44,366 nt of DNA from the NCBI RefSeq assembly GCF_001194135.2, contig NC_068987.1, positions 86,869,663-86,914,028 on the forward strand. The letters are read 5' to 3'. Under the pieces are notes generated by a model that was not told the DNA's origin, searched no databases, and was given only the letters and a program-made list of their open reading frames with translations. The stretch is from Octopus bimaculoides. Taxonomy: Eukaryota. The position numbers were made by a program, and so were the translations under genes. Shown here one piece after another: positions 1-12,304 of this stretch (the stretch's first letter is position 1; every line of letters begins with the position of its first letter).

Positions 1-10
1 TATATATATA

Positions 11-252
11 TAATTGTGGGTATTCAATATATCACCATGCTAGAGATGGCAGCCAAAGCCTGACTTCAAAATCTCATCAAGTATTCATCCAGCACAAGGT
101 CAAGAAAAAAATAGACAAATAAACTAGCAAAATTCTGAATAATTTTAATAATAATAATTATCTATAAGGTTTTTCTTCCGGTGTTGGCCACTTGATTAGA
201 TCATTATTTTGAATAACGGTTTTATCCTTATTTATATAAAAATTGATATATA
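11..252 (+). repeat. Bipartite dispersed repeat, copy 1 (module A 11-140, module B ~146-252)
   Basis: A is homologous to the reverse complement of 494-632 (shared caccatg.ta.agatgg, aagtattcat.cagcacaaggt, actagcaaaat). B is homologous to 640-742 on the same strand (aaggtttttcttcc, gatcattattttga.taacg, tatttatataaaaatt). Confidence 0.8.
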
Positions 253-493
253 TTGAGTTCGTCACTATATTCACTACGGTGGTATTTTTACCATATAGTA
301 CGTGGTGTTTAGGCGGACAATCAAACTGGTCGTGCATATATATATACATATATATGTATGTATAGGTCTGTATATATAAGTATTCGTATGTTGTATGTAT
401 AGATATTTGTATTTACGTGCTATATCACGGTTTATCTCACTGAATAGTTAAAGTCTATTTTTATTGAGAGCCAGAAACACAGACTCTGAGATG

Positions 494-742
494 ATCCAGT
501 ATTTTGCTAGTTTATTTGTCCTTTGTCTCCTCACCTTGTGCTGTATGAATACTTCATGTGGTTCTGGAGTGAGGCCTCCGCTACCATCTTTATCATGGTG
601 GTAACCTGAATACCCTTAATTATAATTAATTATAATTTTAATAATAACTACCAACAAGGTTTTTCTTCCTATGCTAGCTGCTTGATTTGATCATTATTTT
701 GAGTAACGACCTTGTCCCTATTTATATAAAAATTAAGATATA
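494..742. repeat. Bipartite dispersed repeat, copy 2 (module A inverted 494-632, module B direct 640-742)
   Basis: Manual alignment to 11-252. Confidence 0.8.
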
Positions 743-754
743 TATGTATATATA

Positions 755-988
755 CAGGGTGTCCCAAAAGTAAGTTTACAGTTATCAGGTAGGCACTTTA
801 AATTTCTTTTAAAACGTATATTAGATTTAAATTGCTATCTTACATACTGGAAAGTGTGCATGAGAAAATTAACTAAATTAACATAGAATAATGGTTTCAT
901 ATGTTTTGATAATTAAGATCTAAACTATTATTATATGGACGCGAAAGAGACAGTTGAATAACTGTAAACCTATTTTGGGGCCACCCGT
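755..988. mobile_element. Tc1/mariner-type MITE (~234 bp)
   Basis: Imperfect ~28-bp TIRs: cagggtgtcccaaaagtaagtttacagt (755) versus actgtaaacctattttggggccacccg (961-987). TA-rich flanks, no ORF. Confidence 0.75.
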
Positions 989-999
989 TATATACATTT

Positions 1000-1240
1000 A
1001 CATATACACACAAACACATATATGTGAGTGCATGTGCATCTGTAAGTGAATGTATGCATTTCTATATTTAGTTCCATACTTACATATACATATACCCACA
1101 TACATGCATACATACATAGATGCATACATACGTTCATACATACCTACATTCATTCATACATTAACACATACATACATTCATATATACATTAGCACATACA
1201 TATAATCTTACATACATACATGCTTACATACATAAGTGTA
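1000..1240. repeat. Degenerate (ACAT)n low-complexity tract
   Basis: Repeated tacatacatac units. Confidence 0.85.
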
Positions 1241-3324
1241 CAACATCCCATTCTATGTCCACACTTAAACATCTTTATATTCCAGAACGTGGAAATACAT
1301 AGTCTGATCTCCATTTGATGTGCTTCTTATATCTATTTGAAGTGAATGCCATTTGAAGAATACATCACTTTTTGAACTCTTGGAATATCTGATGAATAAA
1401 TCCATACAAATTTCTGGTTCAAACAGTTATAAATCTATCTTGAGAATATTTAATATGAGAGAAATTACTTTAGTTTAATTCGCTGAAACCAAAAGATTGA
1501 ATTATGTTGATACATTCTATAAGTATAAGGAGACCAGATTGACATGAAAGTCGTACATGTGTATGGAACGAGAATGTCTTCGTTGACACGCTTGATAAGA
1601 CAGTGAAAAGCTAACCTTTAGCTTTTTACCTAAATGAATTCCAATGTACTCTCGTAACATTTGACAGCTTTAAACTCGTCTTAACTTTTATATCTGGTTA
1701 ACATCTAAGATATATTGGAGATAAGTGATTAGATACGTGCTTCAGAAATATAATATTCGGCTGCATCTTTTCTGTGAGATTTCATTATAGAACAAATGAT
1801 ATATTAATATACATTATATTTACGCGTTTAATAAGTATACCTATCTATACAGTCCGCTGCATCGGTCTCCTCAAGTTATGTCTAGTTTATATTGTGTACC
1901 GACCATATGTAATAATCATGAATGGTTGGCTGTAAGAATTAGAGTTATGTTACAGAAACTTTTCAAAAGGAATAAATCAATGAAATGTAGTCGATTATAT
2001 GTTCTACGTCTGTATACACTTCTTCACTTTTCGAAACGGAGTTGATGTTGGTGGTATTGATGGAGGTAGCAAGTTACATTAAATATAGAGAACGGTTTCA
2101 GTGATGTTGTTGGTGGCGAGTGCAGGGTTATGAAATACGTATAAACCATTGGAATGTTGTATATTCCCCGACGACTATCAAGTTTATATGTCTTGGCTAA
2201 TCGGTTTCATACTTCTTGCACATCTCAGATATAAACTCTAAACGATTGAAAGAATTTAAAATAAACTATGGCATCAATGCGTTTGTCAATTTAAAATAAA
2301 TTTAAGCCAGATTTTGTTAATCTCTTATCATGTTAAAATTTATTATTCATTAGTGTGGATTTCTGTTTCTCTTGATTTGTGTTTCTGAAGTTGATTACGA
2401 TTATTTGGCGTAATTCTCCTGCATTATCCATAGACGTAATTCGTTTTACATAATATAATCCTTGTAAAATCGGAAACTTCATTCATATTTGAAAATCCTC
2501 TTTTTCTAGGCAGTTCGATGTGCTTGTTGTTCAGCAGTTAAATCTTGATATCCACGTTTTGCAAAAAACGCCTGAACAGAATGGGATCCCTGGAGGTGCT
2601 TAACTTTATTCTAGATTTGTTCTGTAATATATTTATTAATATATTTATAGACATTGAGAGAGATGTGAATAGATAATGAGGTTACCCGAATTATTTGAGG
2701 ATGGTTCGTACAGTTATGTATGTAGAAGAGAGTTGGCTGAGATATTAGAACCTACTTTGAAGAGCTCAAATGGATGAATATTCTACACGCATGTGTAATC
2801 ATCTTAATCTTCAGAATAAATGAGCATAATAAACGTAGAATGGATTTCAAATATTTTAGCTGTAAGACTCCTTCGCACACACCTCTAAATGTATTTTTTT
2901 CTTCTACCACACTCAACCATACACTACAAAGCGGCAACCTCCTGGGTCCAATAACTCTTGAAATGGATTAACCATTCGGAATTCAGTCAGATTTTATGTT
3001 AACCATCAATTGGTGGAGCACCCGTGAACAAACAAAAAAAAGAAGCTATATAGGTTAAGGAAACGATCCGCCCAGCGATTACTAGTACATTCCTCAATAA
3101 GTGTATAGCCATAAATTCTCCTAAAGCTTCGTTCATAAGTATGTTGCATATTGCAGCACATGAAGCATGAAATACAACACCCACATATGTAAGATGTAAG
3201 ACTCCACCTAACACTGCTGATTCGTCAATACCTTCATCTGGAACGTAATGGTACCTCCATGCATCGGGCTGCCTATAACATCTATTGTGTTCTAATATAT
3301 AATATATATAAACATGTATACATG

Positions 3325-3352
3325 TATACAAATACATATGTGTGTGCGCGTG

Positions 3353-3425
<73 letters not shown>

Positions 3426-3527
3426 ATTGCACGCGCACACATACGCACGCGCACACACGCACGCTCGCACACACACACACGCACGCTCGCACACACACAC
3501 ACGCACGCACACATATATATATATATT
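3325..3527. repeat. Compound microsatellite (TA)n-(TG)n-(CA/CG)n
   Basis: Direct reading. It explains the VCVC/HTHT ORFs. Confidence 0.95.
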
Positions 3528-4304
3528 TCAGTACGTGTTTACACGTTTATTGCCTTCAACGTATTCTCCATTTGGAGCACGTTTTTCAGTTTTCGAAGCA
3601 GTGCTGAAACTCTTGCGAAGTGATGCCTTTTAACGTCTCCGTCGTCTTTTTCTTCACCTCTTCCACATCTGCAAATTATCAAGTACCGGTGATGACCTTC
3701 GAAAGAAGGTCCGGATCAACTTCCAGCTGTTCACGCCACACATTCAGTCGTGATTTTGATCTTCTGCGAGCAAGCGAGGCACACATTTTACTGCAACTCA
3801 TTCTATTCGCAAATCCTCGTTCAAAATTCGTTGCCAAGAGCTTCAGGACACACCAATGATATCACTCACGGTCCTCCAAGATCACTTCATGTGTTTTCAC
3901 GTTGTCTTTATTCGTTAAGGTAGTTGACGATCGTCCTGAACGAGGTTGGTCCGCAAGGGAAAGGTGACCATTCCTAAAGCGTGAAAACCTCTCGAAAACT
4001 TGTGTTTTGCCCACGACAGGATCCTTGTAAGCTGTTCGAAGCATGACAACTGTTTCGGCCGCTGTTTTCCTCGGCAGACACGGAAGCACTGTTTCTTCGC
4101 TTCAGCTATCGCCAATATCGACGAATAGAGAAGAAGCAAGGCAAAGCGAAAACGCGTCACGTGGCAGTACGACATCATACGAAGACGCCGGTCGGCAGAC
4201 CGTTGCCTGAGCGTCGCATAAAGTTGCTTCTGGCGGTGAAAACCTGAACTACAGCGTCCTTGTTCCACAAAGTATGTTTCCGGTTACTTTTGGGTACCCC
4301 CTCG
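3528..4304 (-). mobile_element. Internally deleted mariner (DD34D family) element, transposase pseudogene
   Basis: Terminal sequence (ta)cgagggggtacccaaaagtaaccggaa on minus at 4304. N-terminal HTH peptide KTAAETVVMLRTAYKD..VGKTQVFERFSRFRNG...DQPRSGRS, then EQLEVDPDLLSKVITG joined to C-terminal DVEEVKKKTTETLKGITSQEFQHCFE..NGEYVEG. Opposite TIR not seen. Confidence 0.88.
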
Positions 4305-4801
4305 TATATTTGTATCAAGTTGATAGCAGGAACGCATATATTATGTTCTAGAATTTCTTATATTTTAGTCTCCTTCGTCTGGGCTGTCCTTCGTTCATCT
4401 AAAGTCCAAGGTGCTTTTCGATTCACAGTCTGCGGAGATCAACTACTTTGGTAGCGTTTAGTTTGTCTTCATATGTAACCTAATTAGTCTTGGACAATGC
4501 TTAACTCTTGGTGTCTACTTATGCACACACTAAAAATAACGTTTACATAATGTCAATTTATTCTTCAGAAATTCCAGGAACATTTGTCACTTTCTCACCA
4601 GAATCATCAACCATATGGCGGTGAGCACGCCAGTTTCTCTTTCGTGACATCAGTAGAAAAAATTACTCTTTTAGTATACAGTGACAAATTTTGTTTTGAT
4701 TGTCGCCATGAATATTGTTATTGCTTGGCTCAAAACAACTCAGGTGTTTCAGCCCTGACCATTTAATACTTATAGAGTTATGTCAGATGATATGAATTCA
4801 T

Positions 4802-5012
4802 ATCTACAAAAGCGCAAGGCCTGAAATTTATGGGGAGAGGACTAGTGGATTACATCGATCCCATTATTTCACTGGTACTTGATTTATCGACCTCGAAATG
4901 ATTTAAGGTAAAGTCGACTTCGGCGGAACTTGAACTCAGAACGTACCGACAAGCGAAATACCGCTAAGCAGTTCGTCCGACGCGCTAACGATTCTACCAG
5001 CTCGTCGCACTG
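4802..5012 (-). mobile_element. tRNA-derived SINE family A, full length with 11-bp TSD
   Basis: Minus-strand head with B-box (gttcaagttcc) and central gtcgactttacc...gtcgataaatcaagtaccag domain. TSD tatgaattcat at 4791-4801 and 5013-5023. Confidence 0.9.
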
Positions 5013-6525
5013 TATGAATTCATTAATTATTATATCAGATAATATTAACTAAAATGATAGATGAAAATTGGAGGAAGTTTGGCTATCATTTCTAGCAACC
5101 TGAATGACCACATAGATATTTCATGTTTGGCTCGTTATAAACGTAACTCTGAATCAAAACTAGTCTCATAATCAAGTGGCTATGAATTCATCTTCTAATC
5201 TATGGTGCTGTCTATGTCTATTCACCTTAGCATATTATACTATACTTAAAGAGAAGAAATATGTTAATCTTAGCATATGTGAATAACGTGATTTGATTTT
5301 CAAAGAAAACCAATAGAATCTACACAACGTAGAATCATAACAACTGTGTTGATATGGTCCTGAGAGATTTATTATTGAAATATTATGACGAATGTTTGAG
5401 ATAAAATAATAGCCAGATGCTTCACGGCTGCGATGTAGAAGTCTATTGTTTTGACATTGAAATATTAAGAAACCATCTTCATTCTAGAAGTTTATTCTTC
5501 TGTTAGTCAAAATATTGTCATTTTTGATTTATTTACTCTTGTCTATTATACATATTTCCTTTACTGCAATGAGAAATATTTTCCCTTACCGCAAGTCGCT
5601 CAATAGTGTTACGTAGATAAGAAGTTGAAGTTTGCATATAAGCTTCTCAGATTTGATAAATATTCATTATAGTTATATAAGGTAAAGCACGTGGATTATA
5701 GCTATTTTCTCAGAAATGCAGTAAAAAGAATTCATTGATTATCAAGTAAGATAATATTTAGTTACAAGCCAATGTCTCTTGCATTATGTAATGTGTAGAA
5801 CTGACCCTGTGGAGATATATGAATGCAGAACTTGCCAAAGAAACAACCTGTCGGCAATAAATACAATTTTTTATACACCGAGTAACAATCTAATACCATT
5901 GTAGAAGCTGGTGTTCAAAAGGCTTCGATGGTTGAAAAGGAGAAATAAATTAAGACACAAAGACCGATATATTATCCTCTTTAACACTTTATCATAGACA
6001 TACTACTTTGCTGTAATTTAAATTGTTTTCTGTCTAAAGTATAAACATTTCTTTTAACTTTCTAATACTTCAATCTGTTATGGAGAAATTTAATAGTCTG
6101 ATATAAATTTCAGTTAGATAATAAAGTTAGAAGAATATGAAATATTAGACAATCTTCAGATCAATTTTACTTATACACTTGTATAGTTTCGCAATAATGA
6201 TTTCGACAAAAGAATTATAATGGCAATAGACAAATCAATGTCAGATTTTATTACGCATCTGTCCGTATTTCGAGGAATATTCTTGGTAAACATACTTCAT
6301 CCTTTAATTTCTGTTTTATTTCAGAGTCTGTGAGGTTTAATAACTTACTAATATGTCTTATATAAACCCTAAATCGAAGACTGTTAAATGGAGAATAACG
6401 TGTGGAATCAGATTGTTCCAGCATGGAACTGAAATTGGATGTCTTTCTCCTTTGAAACGCTCCCTCAAAAAGCTACCGTATTAACTGTGTAAGTTTGTTT
6501 TATGCATATATATTTTAATGAATTA

Positions 6526-6722
6526 GAAAGTGATGGGCTGACAGTGTCGTTAGCACGCCGGGAAAAATGCTTTATGGTACTTCGTTCAAATATCAGTTCA
6601 ATTTCCGCCGAGATCAACGTTGCCTTTCATCCTTTCTGAGTCGGTAAAGTAAGTAGCAGTTGAGCGCTTGGGTCTATGTAATCGAGCTACCCCTACCCAA
6701 AATTACTGGCTTTGTACAAAAA
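6526..6722 (+). mobile_element. SINE family A with ~13-bp TSD
   Basis: gttagcacgccggg head, gttcaatttccgccgag B-box region, ttgcctttcatcctttc core. TSD ttttaat(g/c)aatta at 6513-6525 and 6723-6735. Confidence 0.88.
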
Positions 6723-9326
6723 TTTTAATCAATTAAATTCTTTCAATCTGCTTTAACTATTCCCCTAACTATCGAAGCAACGTTTTAATACGAATTTTTT
6801 AATGAGTTTAACGCCCATAACTAAAGTACACTATCTCTACCCCGTAACGTTTCTCATGCAATTGTATTCCCTTACGCTTGGGTATTTCAAAAGCAACTTC
6901 TAGATTTACGCTGGTATGAAGGGATTAGTCGAGGAGAATATTTAGAGGTATTCCAGGTTGACTAAAAGACATCTTACCAAAATGAGAATTTTAATATTGC
7001 AGAAATAAAATTTCTCCCACTTCATAACGGCAAGGTTTCCTTTGAATGCAAGCATCCACCAATCTAGATACCTTGTTGAGAACTGAAAGTGGAGATACCA
7101 TAAATTCATAATGCCATAGAAATGCAGAAAAGACATCCGCAAATTTAAGAAAACTTCATGAAAGGTTATAAATAAGTACATTCTGGAAAGCTTTGCACGT
7201 AATACTGAATTCATGAGAGAGTTTTAGAAAGTGACATCCCCGTATCCCAAAATGATATTATGCTAGACATTAATAGCACCGTTGTTCACCATTTAACATG
7301 TCAAGCTACATATACAAATCGGGATATAAAGTTTGTTATCAAATATCTTATACACCACATCAATGAAGCCATTATTAATACTGTTTGTGCCTTTTAGTTA
7401 TGCCATTTCACTTCAGCAGCTTTCATATTTTAGTGAAACTTGTCCTTTTCTATGACATTCAGAAAAGCTCATAGATAATCCCACAAACGTAGTCAGAGTT
7501 AAATTGCCATAGCCATCTTTCTCTTATAGTCATCAGGTATAGTGTTTGATTATATGTTGAAGCAAACAAACGTATTATCTTCAGATCACGAAATCATAAA
7601 ACAATGAACGTTGTTTCACCCATCGCTATTGCTGAATAAGACACATGTTGCATATCATTTTAGAATTACAAATATAAAATATAATGATCGCATTTTCTTA
7701 CGATACAAAAGCAAAATTATTAAGAAATACATCTCAAAATGTTTCATATATAATAGGCAGCCGAGGAATACGAAATTAGACGTGTATTTTCATTAATACA
7801 AATTACATTTGCACATAAAATTAAGTAAAAGATGAGTACATAAGATTTTACATTAAGGTTAATATGTACAAGAACCTTGTGCACACTCGACGCCTATTCA
7901 ACGTAGGATATACCTAAGAGTTTCAATATAGGCTTTTCTAATGTTCCCCGTCTGCCAAATTCCAGTGAGTAAGGTTTAGCCAACCAGTGTTGTGGTAAAG
8001 AATAAACGACATATGAAAAGACCTGGGCAACCAAATCCGAAGCTCCAAAACATCGGTCGGAATCAATAAACTGAAAGAGAGAATCATTTCTAAATCCATT
8101 TACAGCGTTAAATATGTTATAAATCTATATTCGGCAAAAATACAGAACCATTTACCTTGTTAATTGAAAATCATAGATTATTTAAATAGCTAAGACCCGA
8201 GTGTGAAACTTCCTATTTCAAACTGGTAATTTTGGAAATTGGATTAGATTCTTGGATGGTTAGCATCCACCATTTGCAAAAGAATTGAAAATACAAAGTA
8301 GTGAGGAATCACTACGTTCTGGAAAGAGCTAGCAGATGTTCCTTATGACATATCCAACCATTTTTAAAGAGGAAAAACACATGACATGTAGTTTTAAAAC
8401 AACAGGATAATCAACATATTTTCATCAAAAATCTGCTGCACTGGTTTTGACCTTGCGCTTGGCATTCACACATCAAAACTCTTTTGATAATAACATTTCA
8501 CAATTTCTTCAGTTCACGTAACTGAAGAATTCTAAACAAGTTATTTACAAATGACTGCAAGACAACTTGTAGGTAATATGCACTCAATTGGAATCACAAC
8601 GTATTTAAGAAATATTACGAATCATCATCTCCAGGCTTTCTTAACAATTTCTTATTGCTCTTTCGTGTATACACAGGTTTATGAAGGTCTATCGATGTTT
8701 AGCAGCAAATACGAGAATTATCCCACTGGATCTAAAGATATATAGAGGCTGAAGTAATTATTTGTTTGAGCACCGATAAGAAAACTCATCGTATATGCAT
8801 TAGAATGTAATTGTGTGAGCTGTGAATTATAATATTGAGAAATACAAGATGCGGACAAGTGGCGCCTTCTAGCATAAATCGATTTCTTATACAAATAAGT
8901 GTGGAGTCTTAAATCATTGAGATATTGTAAGATATTGGTATTTTGCAAAACAGGTTAGAAATGTATTTTGTAGGTATTTAACATGAATCACGAGATATAT
9001 ACACGTTCACACAAATTCACCGTGCTTACATAAACATACGTATGGAAATGTAACTGTAGATACAAAAATATAAACATGCGTGGGTTTGTGTGTGTATGTG
9101 TGTATGTGTGTGTTTGTGGATGTGACTATGGACGTGAGCGTTTGAGAATGTCTTTGTTAATGGAATAACAGCTAACAAAATGTAAACAGTTATTCTTTAT
9201 AAACTATGAAAATTCAAACTTGTTAGGAAAAACTGTTGCATAGTATCAGCTGCTACTTAATATAGTGTGCTTTAATATACTACCAGTGACTTCAGTATCA
9301 AAGAAAATTGCGAATGCTTTGCGTAT

Positions 9327-9596
<270 letters not shown>

Positions 9597-9800
9597 ATAC
9601 AGAGAAAGAGAGAAGGAGCGGATGGTATAGATCTTACAAATTTATTTTGAAGCACTTCTGCGTATCTTTGGCTCAGTAAAAAGATTAGTACAGCAATTCG
9701 TAGCGTAATATCCTGCCATTTTCGCTGAAAAATAGCAGACTATCACCTGATGAACTGGTTTTGTTATGTAGCAATTATAATTTACATGATGTTATCTAAT

Positions 9801-9842
9801 ATTTTATGTAACCGAGTTCTTATTTTATGTAACCGAGTTCTT
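9801..9842. repeat. Perfect 21-bp tandem duplication
   Basis: attttatgtaaccgagttctt x2. Confidence 0.95.
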
Positions 9843-9978
9843 TTTGTTAGTAAATCATGCTATTGAAATTCTTCTACTGATATACACACTCATACATATG
9901 CATATATAGGTAACATATGGTATAAATGTAAACGACAAATTTTAGCCATTTCTGCGCAAACTGAAAAAATTATGAACA

Positions 9979-10021
9979 ACCTGAATCGATTTTCGAATTT
10001 TATTGGGTTCTCATCAGAGGC
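9979..10021 (-). ncRNA. Minimal type I hammerhead ribozyme motif (Penelope-type), core intact
   Basis: Minus strand reads GCCU-CUGAUGA-GAA[cccaauaaaa]UUC-GAAA-AUCGAU-UC^AGGU. Stem I gccu/aggu, stem II gaa/uuc, palindromic stem III AAUCGAUU, UUC cleavage triplet. Confidence 0.65.
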
Positions 10022-10650
10022 GTCCACACCATTCTGGTACATGTAAATCAAAAGCGAGAGGGAGATGATTTTATGTATGCATATTGAACGCTGACTGACC
10101 ATAACCATTACTTACGTTTTTGTACTTCATAGATAGTTCCCATAGTATTACTTGAACACTCCAGTCGCTGTTTACATTGTAAGGAGCAATGCTGCAAGGT
10201 CACAAATCAAATATATGCATCATTGCCTGAGTGTTTGGAAAACTACCCCGTAATATTAAAAACAGTGGATCAAAAGTTACGAACATGTGAACAGTATACT
10301 TTTTCATCGCATACTCCTAAGTTTGGGAACAGTGAACGCTTTGAACATCCGGCTGAATAACTTTATCACCAAAACGAACGAGTGTAGAAACATTTTAGAG
10401 TGATTTGAAACAGTATTTTTCCGTTATCGGATTTATTTGATTGGATTAATGTACAAATATAATAATTATTATTACTACTATACCCATGTTTAAGGCAGCG
10501 AACTGGCAGAACGGTTAGCAGGCTGAGCGAAATACTTAGTACTATTTTGCCTGCCGCCACGGTCTGATTTCAAATTCCGCCGAGGTTGATTTTGCCTTTC
10601 ATCCTTTCGTGGTCGATGAAATAATTACCAGTGAAGCATTGGGGTTGATG

Positions 10651-11341
10651 GGATCTATTTTAGAACGGGGGCACCAGTATTTTCTTAACGAAACACTTTG
10701 AAACTTGGGACACTGGTAGAATGTGTCATATAAAACATCTTTTACTCTTAGTCTTCTTAACAAAAAAAAAAGTAATTCGCAAGTTATTCCATGTTAAAGT
10801 TGTCGTATTTCTGTAATTTCAACCAATCACTGACGTCTATTCAGTTCCATAGACTTACTGCTGGGCGGTCATAAAAATGTTATTCCCTGTGACATATTTC
10901 ATCCGGTTTAATCGTAATTTATACGCATATATTGTTTATATAATAAATTACGTTCTGCGTATCTATGTGTGTAACAATTTTAGAGTTCGGATTCTAGAGT
11001 TAGNNNNNNNNNNNNNNNNNNNNNNNNNNNNNNNNNNNNNNNNNNNNNNNNNNNNNNNNNNNNNNNNNNNNNNNNNNNNNNNNNNNNNNNNNNNNNNNNN
11101 NNNNNNNNNNNNNNNNNNNNNNNNNNNNNNNNNNNNNNNNNNNNNNNNNNNNNNNNNNNNNNNNNNNNNAGAAATTATCGAAATAAGACAATTTTTTACA
11201 TGAAATAAATTCGAATACAAAAATATTTTTCTGTTCTATAACACAAAATAGATAAGTATACGAAGTTTGAAAGTCTTTCCGTACCATAAACACTACATAA
11301 AACATAAATGAAAACTGGCGCCCCCGTTTTAAAATAGATCT
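10651..11341. mobile_element. Non-autonomous DNA transposon with ~28-bp TIRs and 8-bp TSD (hAT or Merlin type)
   Basis: gatctattttagaacgggggcaccagt versus actggcgcccccgttttaaaatagatc. TSD ggttgatg (10643-10650) and gtttgatg (11342-11349). Contains gap 11004-11169. Confidence 0.85.
11004..11169. other. Assembly gap. Other gaps: 13643-13839, 16016-16221, 22695-22799, 29661-30074, 31535-31580, 33206-33359, 36488-37231, 38869-38968, 40576-40634, 43113-43640
   Basis: N runs, mostly bounded by microsatellites. Confidence 0.99.
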
Positions 11342-11414
11342 GTTTGATGTAATCGACTAGTCTCTCCCCCAACAAATTTCAGGTCTTGTTCCTTCAGTAG
11401 AAAGTATTATTATT

Positions 11415-11633
11415 AAGGCTGCGAGCTGGCAGAATCCTTAGCACGCGAAATGCTTAGCGGTATTTCGTCTTCCGCTACGTTCTGTGTTCAAATTCCGCCG
11501 AGGTCGACTTTGCCTTTCATCCTTTTCCGATTCGATAAATTAAATACCAGTTGAACACTGGGGTCAATGTTAATCGACACATCCTCTCCCCCAAAATGGC
11601 TACCTTTGTGGCAAAATTTGAAACTATTATTAT
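11415..11633 (+). mobile_element. SINE family A, full length
   Basis: ggctgcgagctggcagaatccttagc head, gttcaaattcc B-box, core, tail gtggcaaaatttgaaactattattat. Confidence 0.92.
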
Positions 11634-12304
11634 ACCTGTGTTTGTTTTGATATCCTGATTGAACAAAATGTACCTTGTTTTCTAAAAAACTGTTGGGCAT
11701 ATGTTTGCAGCCTTTAACCAAATTCCGTTTCAGCATTTATACTTAAACAAAAAATGCTTAAAGCTTTTCACTTTTGAACCTACACATACACCCATTCTAA
11801 CAAAGGAAGAGAGTGAGAACGAAAGGCATGTAAACCGATGAAATTTCCTACTCTTGAGTACGGCAATAAATTCTTCAATATATTTTCTAATGAAACTGTT
11901 TAACTCCCAATTTCAGTAGACACGACCAGATCCTAAACTACACGCTTGTAGACAGTAGAATTAAAGCTGAAGTCATCCTTATGTAGCGTGCATAAGCTTC
12001 AGTTTTTCCAATGCGAATTGACTATTCGCATTTGCAGTTAATTCTCTGTAAACTGCCGTTATTCTTCGTAAGATTGAAAAAAGTATTGATTTCATGACAC
12101 TGCTCTTAACAGTTAATCATTTAATTTATTTTCGCATTACTGATAACAAATCTTGTCATAACAAAAGAGGAAACCCAAAAAAACAAAAAAAAACAACTCA
12201 GTAACCACATGCAATTGCTTGCCTCGTTCTGCATAGCATTCCAATACATTTAAGCTATATCTAATTTTTCTACCGAAATAATACGTGTCATTCTCCGTTG
12301 CCTC

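Larger units (their letters stand above)
10491..11414 (+). mobile_element. SINE family A split by a DNA transposon (5' part 10491-10650, 3' part 11342-11414)
   Basis: Head and core end at ggggttgatg. The sequence resumes after 11341 with tgatgtaatcgactagtctctccccc...agaaagtattattatt. Confidence 0.85.

Noticed and set aside
158-349. 63-aa minus ORF ending NKDKTVIQNNDLIKWPTPEEKPYR
   Set aside because: Lies in repeat module B. The second copy (640-742) has an in-frame stop at the equivalent position.
3259-3633. ORFs rich in [12 protein letters not shown], here and at 9497, 13495-14078, 20861-21377, 22327-22990, 28233, 29609, 31058-31679, 36380-37290, 38679-39129, 40490, 43001-43847
   Set aside because: Translations of microsatellites and/or N-gap read-through; not genes.
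6942-7214. 90-aa minus ORF, and similar 60-100 aa ORFs at 17789, 23129, 23927 and 32565
   Set aside because: No recognisable domain, AT-driven F/I/L/Y-rich composition, lengths expected by chance.
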